Source: an uncultured Candidatus Saccharibacteria bacterium (lineage in GTDB: Bacteria; Patescibacteriota; Saccharimonadia; Saccharimonadales; Saccharimonadaceae). From it: a DNA stretch of 64,000 nt. The translations under genes and the position numbers were made by a program. Positions 31,127-40,177 of the stretch are shown here, one piece after another; the stretch's first letter is position 1; each line of letters opens with the position of its first letter. Under the pieces are notes generated by a model. That model made no database searches. It saw only the letters and a program-made list of their open reading frames with translations, and was not told the origin of the DNA. The stretch lies in assembly GCA_963538815.1 (NCBI GenBank), contig CAUTJK010000002.1, positions 17,571 through 81,570 of the forward strand, given 5' to 3'.

Positions 31127-31515
31127 CGCAATCGCCACCGCGGGTGTTGGTCATCGACGATGATCAATGGTTTGCTGAGCTGCAGCTTGCGGCAGTGCAG
31201 CGGGCTGGTATGGTGCCTGTCTATGCGGCCGATGTGCTGGCTGGCATGGCAGCGCTCGACGAGGCACTCCCAGCAGTGATCATCCTCGATATGTTCATGC
31301 CAGGGGGTAATGGCCTGGTGCTGCTTCACGAGCTGCAATCGTATAGCGACACGGCACGCATCCCCATCATCATCTGTAGTAATAATGCGAGTGACATGAC
31401 CTTGGCCGATCTTGCTCCCTACGGTGTGGTGGCCTTGCTAGACAAAACAACGATGCGCCCCAGCGACGTGACGAACTTACTACGCAGGTACATCCCAAGC
31501 GAGGTAATCGCATGA
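31123..31515 (+). CDS. Single-domain response regulator (receiver only)
   Basis: RVLVIDDD...AVIILDMFMPGGNG...ICS...K pattern; ATGA overlap with the kinase stop. Confidence 0.85.
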   Translation: MTQSPPRVLVIDDDQWFAELQLAAVQRAGMVPVYAADVLAGMAALDEALPAVIILDMFMPGGNGLVLLHELQSYSDTARIPIIICSNNASDMTLADLAPYGVVALLDKTTMRPSDVTNLLRRYIPSEVIA

Positions 31516-32186
31516 GTATGCAGCGCACCACAGCGATCGTCCTGCGCCGCACCAACTATGGCGAGGCCGACCGCGTGCTGCAATTGCTCACGCCAGAGGG
31601 GCAGCGGGCGGTGATCGCCAAGGGTGTCCGGCGCGAGAAGAGTCGGCTGGCTGGGGCGGTTGAACTCTTTGCGATTAGCGATGTCGTCATCCGCCAGGGG
31701 CGCAGTGAGCTGGGCGTGCTAACACAGGCTCGCCTAACGAAGTATTATCAAACCATCGTGGCCGATTATGACCGCCTACAAGCTGGCTATGCCGCCATCC
31801 AGTTGGTGGCGCAGGCCAGCCGTATGCTGGACGAGCCGGCGTGGTATGAGGTACTGCGCTTGGTATATGAGGGGCTCAATCAGCCTAGCGTACCCGTCAT
31901 GCTTACTCAAGCCTGGCTAGCCACCCACTATGCGGCACTGCAGGGCTACGAGCTGAACCTACTGCGCGACGTCGTAGGCCAGCCCCTCCAGCCCGAGCGG
32001 CGGTATATGTACGATGGGTCAGAACGGGGCCTGCGCCTGAGCGACCAAGGCGACATCACCGCAGCGCACATCAAGCTGCTCCGCCTACTGGCAACGCGCC
32101 CACCCACGGTGGTAGCACAGGTCGGTGGCGTGCTAGCCATCCTGCCCGAATGCTGGCTGGTGGCACGGCAGCATGCTGGGGTGTAG
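31512..32186 (+). CDS. recO: DNA repair protein RecO
   Basis: N-terminal OB pattern AIVLRRTNYGEADRVLQLLTPEGQR; ATGA overlap with the upstream regulator. Confidence 0.9.
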   Translation: MSMQRTTAIVLRRTNYGEADRVLQLLTPEGQRAVIAKGVRREKSRLAGAVELFAISDVVIRQGRSELGVLTQARLTKYYQTIVADYDRLQAGYAAIQLVAQASRMLDEPAWYEVLRLVYEGLNQPSVPVMLTQAWLATHYAALQGYELNLLRDVVGQPLQPERRYMYDGSERGLRLSDQGDITAAHIKLLRLLATRPPTVVAQVGGVLAILPECWLVARQHAGV

Positions 32187-32189
32187 CTG

Positions 32190-32305
32190 CAGTACAGTAT
32201 ACATGCCGAACAAGAAAATATCTGGAGGCCAGTGACTAAGCAAATGGATGAGCTCTGTATATATTCTGGCCGGAACATTTTCGGTTTGATGTGTATACTG
32301 TACTG
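32190..32305 (+). repeat. Hairpin-closed ~113-nt conserved element, copy A (candidate structured RNA)
   Basis: An ~84-nt core is ~87% identical to 59018-59101. The closing stem CAGTACAGTATACAT/ATGTGTATACTGTACTG is unique to this copy. Confidence 0.8.
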
Positions 32306-32440
32306 TTTTATCATCCACCCGATGAAGAACGTACCCACCTCAAGAAATGCTATAATAAAACTAAAGAACCAATCATGAAGCTGCCGCGTTGCCAACGCGG
32401 AGAAAGGACGCGTGTGAGTAGCGCAACGAGCAACGTAACA

Positions 32441-33772
32441 ATGGAAGCAATTATCAGCCTATGCAAGCGCCGCGGCTTTATTTATCAGGGGTCGGACGTG
32501 TACGGCGGCCTGAGTGGCACATGGGATTATGGCCCGCTAGGCGTGCAGCTCAAACACAATATTATGAACCTATGGTGGCGCAGATTCGTCGATGAGCGTG
32601 ATGACATGTATGGCGTCGATGCGGCGATTTTGATGAATCAGAAAGTGTGGAAGGCCAGTGGGCATGTCGATACCTTCGTCGATCCGCTGTGCGAAGACAC
32701 GGTCAATCACCGCCGCTACCGCACTGACCATATCCTCAAAGACAATGGTGTTGACGCCGATGGTATGACGATGGAGCAGATGGATGCGGTGATTGCCGAA
32801 CAAGGCATTAAAAGTCCCGATGGCAACTCGCTGAGCACATCGCGGACGTTTAACATGATGTTCAAAACCCACGTTGGCGCGACCGAGAGTGAGGATAGCA
32901 TCAGCTACCTGCGCCCCGAAACCGCTCAAGGCATCTTCACCAATTTCAAAAACGTCGTCGATAGTTTTTATCCGAACTTGCCGTTTGGTATCGCTCAGCA
33001 GGGTAAAGCGTTTCGTAATGAAATTGCGCCGCGCGATTTCGTCTTCCGCTCTCGGGAGTTTGAGCAGATGGAGATTGAATATTTCGTCGATCCTGAGCAT
33101 TGGCAGGAGGCGTTTGATGAGCTGCTGGCGGCGACGCATGCGTTTTTGGCAGAGCTAGGTTTGAAGCCAGAGCATATCCACGAGCTGGACGTGCCGGCGG
33201 AGGATCGGGCGCACTACAGCAAAAAGACGATCGACATCGAATACGACTATCCGATCGGTCGCGAAGAGCTGATGGGCATCGCCTACCGGACCGATTTTGA
33301 CCTGATGAACATCCAGCGCGCCAGTGGTAAGAGCATGGAGTATACCGTCAAGGGGACGAACACAAAATTTGTTCCGCACGTCATCGAGCCGTCGTTTGGT
33401 GTCGAGCGGGCGCTGATGGCAGTGCTGGCCAGTAGCTACCGCGAGGACGAGCAAAATGGCGAAAAGCGGGTGTATTTGGCGTTGCCAGAGCATTTGGCGC
33501 CAGTTAAATTTGCCGTTTCACCGCTACTCAAAAATAAGCCAGAATTGGTAGAAAAAGCCCGCGAAGTCTACGCCCAGCTCGCCAAAGCTAACCCTGGCCG
33601 AGTGATGTGGGATGACAACGGTAACATCGGCAAACGCTACCGCCGCCAAGACGAAATCGGCACCCCGCACTGCGTAGTCATCGACTTCCAGACGCTGGAG
33701 GACGGTACGGTGACGGTACGTGAGCGAGATACGACGGAGCAGAGGCGGGTTGTCGTCGATAAGCTAGTATAG
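32441..33772 (+). CDS. glyQS: Glycine--tRNA ligase (dimeric class II type); N-terminus ambiguous (ATG 32441, GTG 32414 or ATG 32375)
   Basis: LCKRRGFIYQGSDVYGGLSGTWDYGPLG, FRNEIAPR, anticodon-binding C-terminus. Confidence 0.9.
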   Translation: MEAIISLCKRRGFIYQGSDVYGGLSGTWDYGPLGVQLKHNIMNLWWRRFVDERDDMYGVDAAILMNQKVWKASGHVDTFVDPLCEDTVNHRRYRTDHILKDNGVDADGMTMEQMDAVIAEQGIKSPDGNSLSTSRTFNMMFKTHVGATESEDSISYLRPETAQGIFTNFKNVVDSFYPNLPFGIAQQGKAFRNEIAPRDFVFRSREFEQMEIEYFVDPEHWQEAFDELLAATHAFLAELGLKPEHIHELDVPAEDRAHYSKKTIDIEYDYPIGREELMGIAYRTDFDLMNIQRASGKSMEYTVKGTNTKFVPHVIEPSFGVERALMAVLASSYREDEQNGEKRVYLALPEHLAPVKFAVSPLLKNKPELVEKAREVYAQLAKANPGRVMWDDNGNIGKRYRRQDEIGTPHCVVIDFQTLEDGTVTVRERDTTEQRRVVVDKLV

Positions 33773-33861
33773 CGGTAGTACGTCCGCTTATTGCCGAAAC
33801 ACTACAATTGCAATATACTATGCAAAAACGGTAATTGAATTATAAATAGAAGGAGCGACTG

Positions 33862-35127
33862 ATGAACGGAGAGAAATCTATCCCGAGTGGTTGGGAGTCA
33901 CACATATACTCAGTAACAGGTGAAAAGACGGAATTTATCATTCCAAAAAAGGGTGTGTATATTGAGGTGCCAAAGCAGTCCCAAGAGAGGCTGCTGTCTC
34001 TAGATCGGCGCGGTGAGATCTCGTTCGTTGAGGAAGCGAAGAGCGAGATCTTCGACAAGAAAGAGTATCGGGAATTCGGCGAGTCTTTCCTTCAGGCGCT
34101 GCGATCGACATCTCGCATCATTAGCTATGCAACGGGCCAACCATATCACGAGATGGGGCTAAAAAGCTGCGCGCCGCTTGGCATGAGTGCCAGCAGAGGA
34201 CTTTTGCGTCTGGCTCATCGGTATGAAAAACTCAAAGAGCGTGAGGATGACCCACGTGTTGTTGTAACGCCGTATAATCTTAGCCGCAAGCTATGGGAGC
34301 AAGCCTTTCGGCGAGCGATGGAAGATGATAGCATCGAGAATAACCCGTTGCGGCAGCAAATTGATACAACACACGATATGAAGCGAACGATATATGGCCT
34401 ACATGTCCGCAGGAGTCTATCCCATGATGTGTGGCCAAAATTTAATACAGTTCCAAAGGATACAGCGGTTTTTTATAGCCCTGATGGCATCCCCTGTACG
34501 GCAAGTGTTATTGCTGGTAGGCAAGAGCCTCGATTTCGAGGGATGAGCTACCAGAAAATCCACAAGCTAGACTGGTGGGCCGATATAGAAGAGCCTGAGC
34601 TGTCGGTCGAACAGGCGCTCTCGCAGGTGGCGGCTGCGCTCATAGGTCGGAGCGGTCAGCAGTCACCGGAAAATAATAGAAAGCCCGATCCAACACTGAA
34701 CGTGACTATTATTCCAGGCCTTTCGGTTGGAGGGATTCCGTTTCCTTTTCTTCGTAAGCTTGAGCAGAAGCAAAACCCCGATCAGATGCATGCGAAAAGT
34801 CTTGATGTAGTAGCTACAGAAGGGCAGAATCAATCTCCGTTAGATAAAGACCCGAATCTCTATAAGCGGTATGGTTACGACAGCCAAACCATCGCAGAAG
34901 CTCTAACTGCTGAGCTGAGTCGGATTATCGAAGGAGAGTCACAAGCACCGGGCTATCAAGTCTATGGAGCATACTGCAAGGCACCAGAGCAGTCTCTGTA
35001 TGCTCCGTATGTTTTATGGGGTAACAACGGCTGTGTGACGCTGTTGCTCCAAGCTATCAAAGAGGGCGATAGGCGAATCGGCTTTCGCCATGCCACGCGG
35101 TGTCTGTCTGAATCACCTCGGGTGTAA
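33862..35127 (+). CDS. Hypothetical protein (orphan, visibly lower GC)
   Basis: AAGGAG RBS; 421-aa ORF with no motif recognised. Confidence 0.65.
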   Translation: MNGEKSIPSGWESHIYSVTGEKTEFIIPKKGVYIEVPKQSQERLLSLDRRGEISFVEEAKSEIFDKKEYREFGESFLQALRSTSRIISYATGQPYHEMGLKSCAPLGMSASRGLLRLAHRYEKLKEREDDPRVVVTPYNLSRKLWEQAFRRAMEDDSIENNPLRQQIDTTHDMKRTIYGLHVRRSLSHDVWPKFNTVPKDTAVFYSPDGIPCTASVIAGRQEPRFRGMSYQKIHKLDWWADIEEPELSVEQALSQVAAALIGRSGQQSPENNRKPDPTLNVTIIPGLSVGGIPFPFLRKLEQKQNPDQMHAKSLDVVATEGQNQSPLDKDPNLYKRYGYDSQTIAEALTAELSRIIEGESQAPGYQVYGAYCKAPEQSLYAPYVLWGNNGCVTLLLQAIKEGDRRIGFRHATRCLSESPRV

Positions 35128-35218
35128 CTGGTGGCAATGAGTCATCAACGTACTTGATAGATGCAACACAAGCTAGATAACTGACCGTTCGGTACTTTTA
35201 GCGAGAAAGAAATAAGGA

Positions 35219-35227
35219 TGCTATAAT
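35219..35227 (+). promoter_or_regulatory. Extended -10 box (TGCTATAAT) 8 nt upstream of the Nudix ATG
   Basis: The -10 ends at 35227 and the ATG is at 35235. Confidence 0.5.
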
Positions 35228-35234
35228 TACTCTC

Positions 35235-35714
35235 ATGCCAAAAAATACCAACGGACACCTCATTACGCACAATGCAGACGGAATAGTCCGCCACGATTAC
35301 CTCTACCGCATCTCCTTCAAAGCATTAATATATAACGACGCTGGGCAGGTCTTGGTCGTCAAAGAGATCGATCGGCCGTTTTGGGATTTGCCTGGTGGCG
35401 GGATGGATTATGATGAGACGATTGAGTCGTCGCTAAAGCGTGAGCTGCATGAAGAAGTTGGCTACCGGGGCGATGTGCGCTATCAACTTTTTGACGCATC
35501 GGACCAGATATACATTGAGCGGCTTGATGCGTATCAAATCTGTTTTTATTGTCGCGTTTGGCCAGAGAACTTCGACTTTGCGCCAGGAGAGGAGGGTGAT
35601 GACGTGATGTTCATCAGCCCTGACAACCTACAAGGCACCGGTTATGATGCGACCGATCGGGCATATGCGGCGCATAGGCAGTGGCAACAACTGTATAGTA
35701 AAGTTGCACAATAA
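35235..35714 (+). CDS. NUDIX hydrolase
   Basis: Canonical Nudix box GGGMDYDETIESSLKRELHEEVGY. Confidence 0.85.
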   Translation: MPKNTNGHLITHNADGIVRHDYLYRISFKALIYNDAGQVLVVKEIDRPFWDLPGGGMDYDETIESSLKRELHEEVGYRGDVRYQLFDASDQIYIERLDAYQICFYCRVWPENFDFAPGEEGDDVMFISPDNLQGTGYDATDRAYAAHRQWQQLYSKVAQ

Positions 35715-35757
35715 ACCTTGATTGAGATGTGTTTCTTTGCTACTATAGCCTTATAGC

Positions 35758-35792
35758 ACCTCGACTTGGGTCAGTCCCCGTCGAGGTTTTTG
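35758..35792 (+). terminator. Rho-independent terminator
   Basis: ACCTCGAC / GTCGAGGT stem followed by TTTTT. Confidence 0.7.
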
Positions 35793-36297
35793 GTATGATC
35801 ATTGATTGCCAAAACTTCTTATATAAAGCTGCTGAGATCAGTAAAGTAACGAGTGGCCAAGAGAGTATTGAGTGTTGGATAGATATACTACAGTAAGTGA
35901 ATCACATCGGCACCGGTCACATGCCAGAGCACACCGTAGTGGCTAGCGACTACGCCATCAAGGTCATCAATCTCCTTTATCCCGGCGATAGGGCCGCTAT
36001 CACCCACGAACGCCAGTGGCAGGTGCGGGTGATGAGGGAGGGGATGGCGGTTGCATAGCTGAGGTAGTAAGTTAGCCGTCTGGCGCGAATATAGAAAAAG
36101 AAAAGGGTCCTTAGGCAACTAACCGTTCGGAACCTTTTCGTCTTAATAGCTCTATTGTAGCGACGATAGAAGAATAAAGCAAATGAGCTAATCTAGTTAC
36201 GGTGGACAATTATCTATATAAGTAAATAGCGAGAAAAGCTTCAGGGTGGTATAATCACCTCATACGAACAAAATCACAAAAGGCTAGGTGTATACAT

Positions 36298-37272
36298 ATG
36301 AGTAACACGACAGAAAAAACATCTAATTCACTCCCCCTCATTAAAAAAGAGCATCGCAACAAAGTACTCATCACCCTCTTTGTCTTGACGGCACTCGCCG
36401 GAGGCGGCTACTGGGCGGTTGTAGCTGCGACAAGCAGTAGCGCGCCGCCGGTGGCGCTAGCATTGCGCTTGGCGTACGTTGCGATTTTGTATATGCCGGT
36501 GCCACTGTATACTCTCTTGCTGAGTCGATTTATGCTTCGCGTGCCAGTACCATTTCGTGCGTTGTTGTCATTGAAACAAATCACAGCCAAGAAATATGCA
36601 TTGGTCGCTGGGCTATTCTTGGCCTGGGTAGTATTGATGATAGGCTCCGTTGCTATTCTTGGCTGGCTGTGGCCAGAGACTTTTGGGCACCTGGCAACGA
36701 CTAATGGACATTTGGTACACAACCTTGAGAAGCTCATCGGCGCATCGGTCGATACTAGCGCGATGAATATGCCGCCAACACCGCTTGCTATGCTGCCACT
36801 TGGTATCTTTGGTGCATTGATGGCTGGGCTGACGGTAAATGCGATCTTTGCGATGGCGGAAGAGATCATGTGGCGTGGTTACCTTGCGCAGGCATTTGCT
36901 GGGCGGCCATTTTGCAAGAAATATGTGACGATTGGCGTGCTGTGGGGGCTGTGGCATATTCCACTGATTGCTCTAGGGTATAACTATGGCACAGCGAACG
37001 CGCTTCCGGGGTCGGTGTTGTTCATTGGATTTTGTGTGGTGATGTCGCTTGTGCTTGGTTTTGTCGTTGAGAGAACCAGAAGCGTGTGGCTCGCTGCTGT
37101 GCTGCATGGGACGTTTAATGGCTTCTCGCAAGTTATGTTGCTTCTGGTTGTTGGTGGGAGCTCACTGTTGGCTAGCTCAGCAGTAGGCGTTGTCTCGCTT
37201 GTGGCGTGGCTGGTAGTGTTTGCGGGTTGCTATATAAGCACTGCTTTTGCATCTGTCACGGAGCGAGCATAA
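36298..37272 (+). CDS. CPBP family intramembrane glutamic endopeptidase (CAAX protease/Abi-like)
   Basis: EEIMWRGYL (EExxxR), WGLWHIP and HGTFN motifs in a polytopic protein. Confidence 0.85.
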   Translation: MSNTTEKTSNSLPLIKKEHRNKVLITLFVLTALAGGGYWAVVAATSSSAPPVALALRLAYVAILYMPVPLYTLLLSRFMLRVPVPFRALLSLKQITAKKYALVAGLFLAWVVLMIGSVAILGWLWPETFGHLATTNGHLVHNLEKLIGASVDTSAMNMPPTPLAMLPLGIFGALMAGLTVNAIFAMAEEIMWRGYLAQAFAGRPFCKKYVTIGVLWGLWHIPLIALGYNYGTANALPGSVLFIGFCVVMSLVLGFVVERTRSVWLAAVLHGTFNGFSQVMLLLVVGGSSLLASSAVGVVSLVAWLVVFAGCYISTAFASVTERA

Positions 37273-37333
37273 GCGGACTGTCTCATCTAGGAGGGTCGAT
37301 TTCGCTAAACTACTATAGAGGTATAATAAAATC

Positions 37334-37927
37334 ATGCGTATAACTCGTCGTATTCAAGCGGTAAAGCTTCGCCATATTGGGGGACTGCTGGTAATTTTTC
37401 TCCTTGGTATGGCTGCGATGCGGCAGGCAGCTTGGTATGTGTCGCTGGTGTCTGGTGGTACGGCAATCCTCGACCTTAACTTTGGCAATAGTGCCGCCCA
37501 CATTAACCATACATTGGCCGCTCTGGGTGAGGCTGGCAGAAGCGCGTATCTTCATGTCTTTTTGCCGATCGACGCCTGCTATGCAGTTATCTATGCGGTG
37601 TTTTATGCTTGCACATTGGCGTTTTTTCTCCGACGTCTCCCGCTGCGGCGGTGGAAGTTGAGCTGGGCTCGGTGGATAGTTGTGCTGCCTGTGGTGGCTG
37701 CTGCTTGCGACTGGTGGGAGAATATAGCTTTTGCGTTCATGCTGAGCCAATTTCCGGCACTCGTGCACCCAGCACTTGCGGCTAGCACAACAGTAGCGAC
37801 TATGGCAAAATTCGTACTCGTGTATCTATCGTTGCTGCTTGTGCTGGGTCTTGCGGTATACCATATGGCGCGGTGGATTGCTACCAAGCACAGCTCCAGT
37901 AACAACGACAAGCACCACCACTCATAG
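37334..37927 (+). CDS. Polytopic membrane protein, unknown function
   Basis: 5-6 hydrophobic helices. TATAAT ends 7 nt before the ATG. Confidence 0.6.
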   Translation: MRITRRIQAVKLRHIGGLLVIFLLGMAAMRQAAWYVSLVSGGTAILDLNFGNSAAHINHTLAALGEAGRSAYLHVFLPIDACYAVIYAVFYACTLAFFLRRLPLRRWKLSWARWIVVLPVVAAACDWWENIAFAFMLSQFPALVHPALAASTTVATMAKFVLVYLSLLLVLGLAVYHMARWIATKHSSSNNDKHHHS

Positions 37928-38051
37928 CGCATCGTGAGGTGTACCACCGGTCATTGCTCAATTACCCCCTTGTTACCATAAGCACAATAATGATATAATG
38001 CGAACGTTATATTAAGGTGTTGTGTTTCACAACAGAAAAGGAGGGTTTTGC

Positions 38052-39512
38052 ATGAGGGAACTCAGGCAAGCAAAGTATAATAAATGGAGAACGCTCGCTC
38101 GCGTGTCTCAGGCTGGGTGCCTCGTGGCGGTAGCCGCTATGGTGGCACTGTTTGCCCAGCCTACACGGGCTGCCCAAGAGGTAGCTTGGAAGGAGCAAGC
38201 TGGCTCTGGTGTAAAGAACTGGTCGGCAATGGCTGGCTCGACAGACGGCACCAAGCTCGTTGCAGCAGTGAATGTCGGGAATATCTACACCTCGACAGAC
38301 AGCGGTGTCACCTGGATGGAACGACCAATAACCGGCCTTCCTGCGCCGCAAAAGTGGACGGCTCTTGCCAGCTCGGCTGATGGTAGTAAGATCGCTGCCT
38401 TTTACCAATGGGGTGGCTACATGTACACTTCGAATGACTCAGGTGCTACCTGGACGAAAAATGGTCTCCCAGGAGCTGCTGGTGACTGGGTGTCTGTGAC
38501 GAGCTCGGCCGATGGCACCAAGCTCGCTGCTGTGGCAACCAACCGTGGGGTATTTACCTCTACCAACTCTGGCGCAAGCTGGAAAGAGCAAGCCAACCCA
38601 GGTGCGAAGAAGTGGACATCGATCGCCGGCTCGGCTGATGGCACCAAGCTTGCCGCGACTGTTGCCGACGGTGTTGTCTACACCTCGACAGACAGCGGTG
38701 TCACCTGGACAGAGCAAGCAGCCGCTGGCACTCAGAAGTGGACATCAATCGCTAGCTCGGCCGATGGTATGAAGCTCGCTGCAACCGTCAATGGTGGCAA
38801 GATTCACACCTCGACAGACGGCGGTGTTACTTGGAAAGAGCAAGCTGCATCAACCCCACAGAAGTGGACATCAATCGCTAGCTCGGCCGATGGTATGAAG
38901 CTCGCTGCAACCGTCAATGGTGGCAAGATCTACACTTCAGATGACGGTGGTGCAACCTGGATGGAAAATGACAGCGCTGCTACCGGTGCGTGGTCGGCTG
39001 TTGTTATGTCGAACGACGGGGCCAACCTCGCTGCAGCACTCAACGGCGGCAACATTAACACAGCAACAGCTAAGGACAAGCCAGTTGTGCAGCCAGCTCC
39101 GGCCAACCCAGCGCCCGCAAATCCTGCGCCTGCCAACCCAGCTCCGGCGACACCTGCGCCCGCAAATCCAGCGCCAGCTACACCCGCTCCGGCCACCCCT
39201 GCGCCCGCAACCCCAGCACCAGCTACCCCGGCACCTGCCAATCCGGCACCTGCTACACCCGCGCCTGCAAATCCAGCCCCAGCTGAGCCAGCCGTAGAAC
39301 CTGCACCAGCAGAAGAGCCGGCTCCGGCTGCAGAGCAAGCACCAGCAGCCAACCCAGCACCTGCAGCTAAACCAGCAGAGGCTGCCGCTCCTGCTAAGCA
39401 AGAAGGTCCAGCTCTCGCTGACACTGGTGACAGTGTATGGCTCGTTGCTGCACTCGCAGCCAGTGGTCTTGGCGCCGGAAGCTTCTGGTTCGTCAAGAGC
39501 CGCAAGAACTAG
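38052..39512 (+). CDS. Cell-surface BNR/Asp-box beta-propeller protein with Pro/Ala linker and LAxTG sorting signal
   Basis: AAAGGAGGG RBS and a signal peptide. Seven or more S-x-D-x-G-x-T-W blades. The C-terminus is LADTG plus a hydrophobic helix plus KSRKN. Confidence 0.85.
   Translation: MRELRQAKYNKWRTLARVSQAGCLVAVAAMVALFAQPTRAAQEVAWKEQAGSGVKNWSAMAGSTDGTKLVAAVNVGNIYTSTDSGVTWMERPITGLPAPQKWTALASSADGSKIAAFYQWGGYMYTSNDSGATWTKNGLPGAAGDWVSVTSSADGTKLAAVATNRGVFTSTNSGASWKEQANPGAKKWTSIAGSADGTKLAATVADGVVYTSTDSGVTWTEQAAAGTQKWTSIASSADGMKLAATVNGGKIHTSTDGGVTWKEQAASTPQKWTSIASSADGMKLAATVNGGKIYTSDDGGATWMENDSAATGAWSAVVMSNDGANLAAALNGGNINTATAKDKPVVQPAPANPAPANPAPANPAPATPAPANPAPATPAPATPAPATPAPATPAPANPAPATPAPANPAPAEPAVEPAPAEEPAPAAEQAPAANPAPAAKPAEAAAPAKQEGPALADTGDSVWLVAALAASGLGAGSFWFVKSRKN
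38733..38929 (+). repeat. Perfect 71-nt direct repeat at 126-nt (one propeller blade) spacing
   Basis: 38733-38803 equals 38859-38929 (CAGAAGTGGACATCAATCGCTAGCTCGGCCGATGGTATGAAGCTCGCTGCAACCGTCAATGGTGGCAAGAT). Confidence 0.9.
39094..39390 (+). repeat. PAPAN/PAPAT-coding tandem repeat (Pro/Ala-rich stalk)
   Basis: Reiterated CCAGC.CC.GC.AA(T/C)CC units encoding PAPANPAPATPAPA... Confidence 0.85.
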
Positions 39513-39541
39513 AGCACTGCACTGCAGCGTCTCTATACCCA

Positions 39542-39577
39542 AGAGAAAGGCATACCGTATGCCTTTCTCTTTTTTTG
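39542..39577 (+). terminator. Rho-independent terminator
   Basis: AGAGAAAGGCATAC / GTATGCCTTTCTCT stem followed by TTTTTTT. Confidence 0.85.
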
Positions 39578-40111
39578 GTTGGCAGGGTAGAATGTGGCCT
39601 GTATTAGAGTAATTATATTATATTGAGCGGCTCGGGTACTGACGTAGCGGCGATATAGCATAGCTGTGCTTGAGCATAAGTAGCAAGGAAAATACCCTAC
39701 GCAGGTAGAACGCCAGCACTAGCGCGCTGCTAGGGGTTCTTGGGCGAGAATAGGTGGGCCACGACCGTGTTGGTGCGGCCTTTGGCTGTGCGCGGTTATG
39801 ATGCTAGAGATGGTGGCCGCCGATAGAGCTTACCTCCCGTGTGGCGTGTCTCGGTGCCGATCACTAGTGTATCGGCATGTAGGCTACATCAACGGCAGCA
39901 AGAGTGATTGTATTGAGTCAACAAATGGCCTTCCGCTAGCCCTCCGCCGATGAGGGCAGCTTGTACTTTTTGGAGAGACACCGTATAGCGTGCTCTTATC
40001 TTACCCAAAGCAGCGTTGGGGCGGCTAGAGTGCTAGCCGTACACGGCCAACCAATGCGAATTTCGCTCATACTAGCAAGCTTATATACGCACACCAATAC
40101 ACGCGCGGTGG

Positions 40112-40150
40112 CAAAAGAAATCGGCTTGGATAGCATAGTATCCAAGCCGA
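40112..40150 (-). terminator. Rho-independent terminator of the GH16-BNR gene
   Basis: TCGGCTTGGATA / TATCCAAGCCGA stem; the minus strand continues TTTCTTTTGC. Confidence 0.75.
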
Positions 40151-40177
40151 GGTGCACCTGTGCGGGGTAGTAGTGCG

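Noticed and set aside
32190-32305. Interpreting the repeated element as a T-box or glycine riboswitch for glyQS
   Set aside because: The second copy precedes an unrelated GH1 gene. The element lies upstream of the glyQS -10 box and therefore outside its 5' UTR. No T-box or glycine-aptamer consensus is present.
39578-40111. Specific hypothesis that the structured spacer is RNase P RNA or tmRNA
   Set aside because: Partial resemblances (UAGAGAUGGUGGCCGCCGAUAGAGCUUACC versus the RNase P 3' region; GGGAGGUAAGCUC on the minus strand versus GAGGAAAGUCC) lack the complementary P4 partner strand. No tRNA-like T-arm or CCA end is present. It is kept only as an unexplained region.
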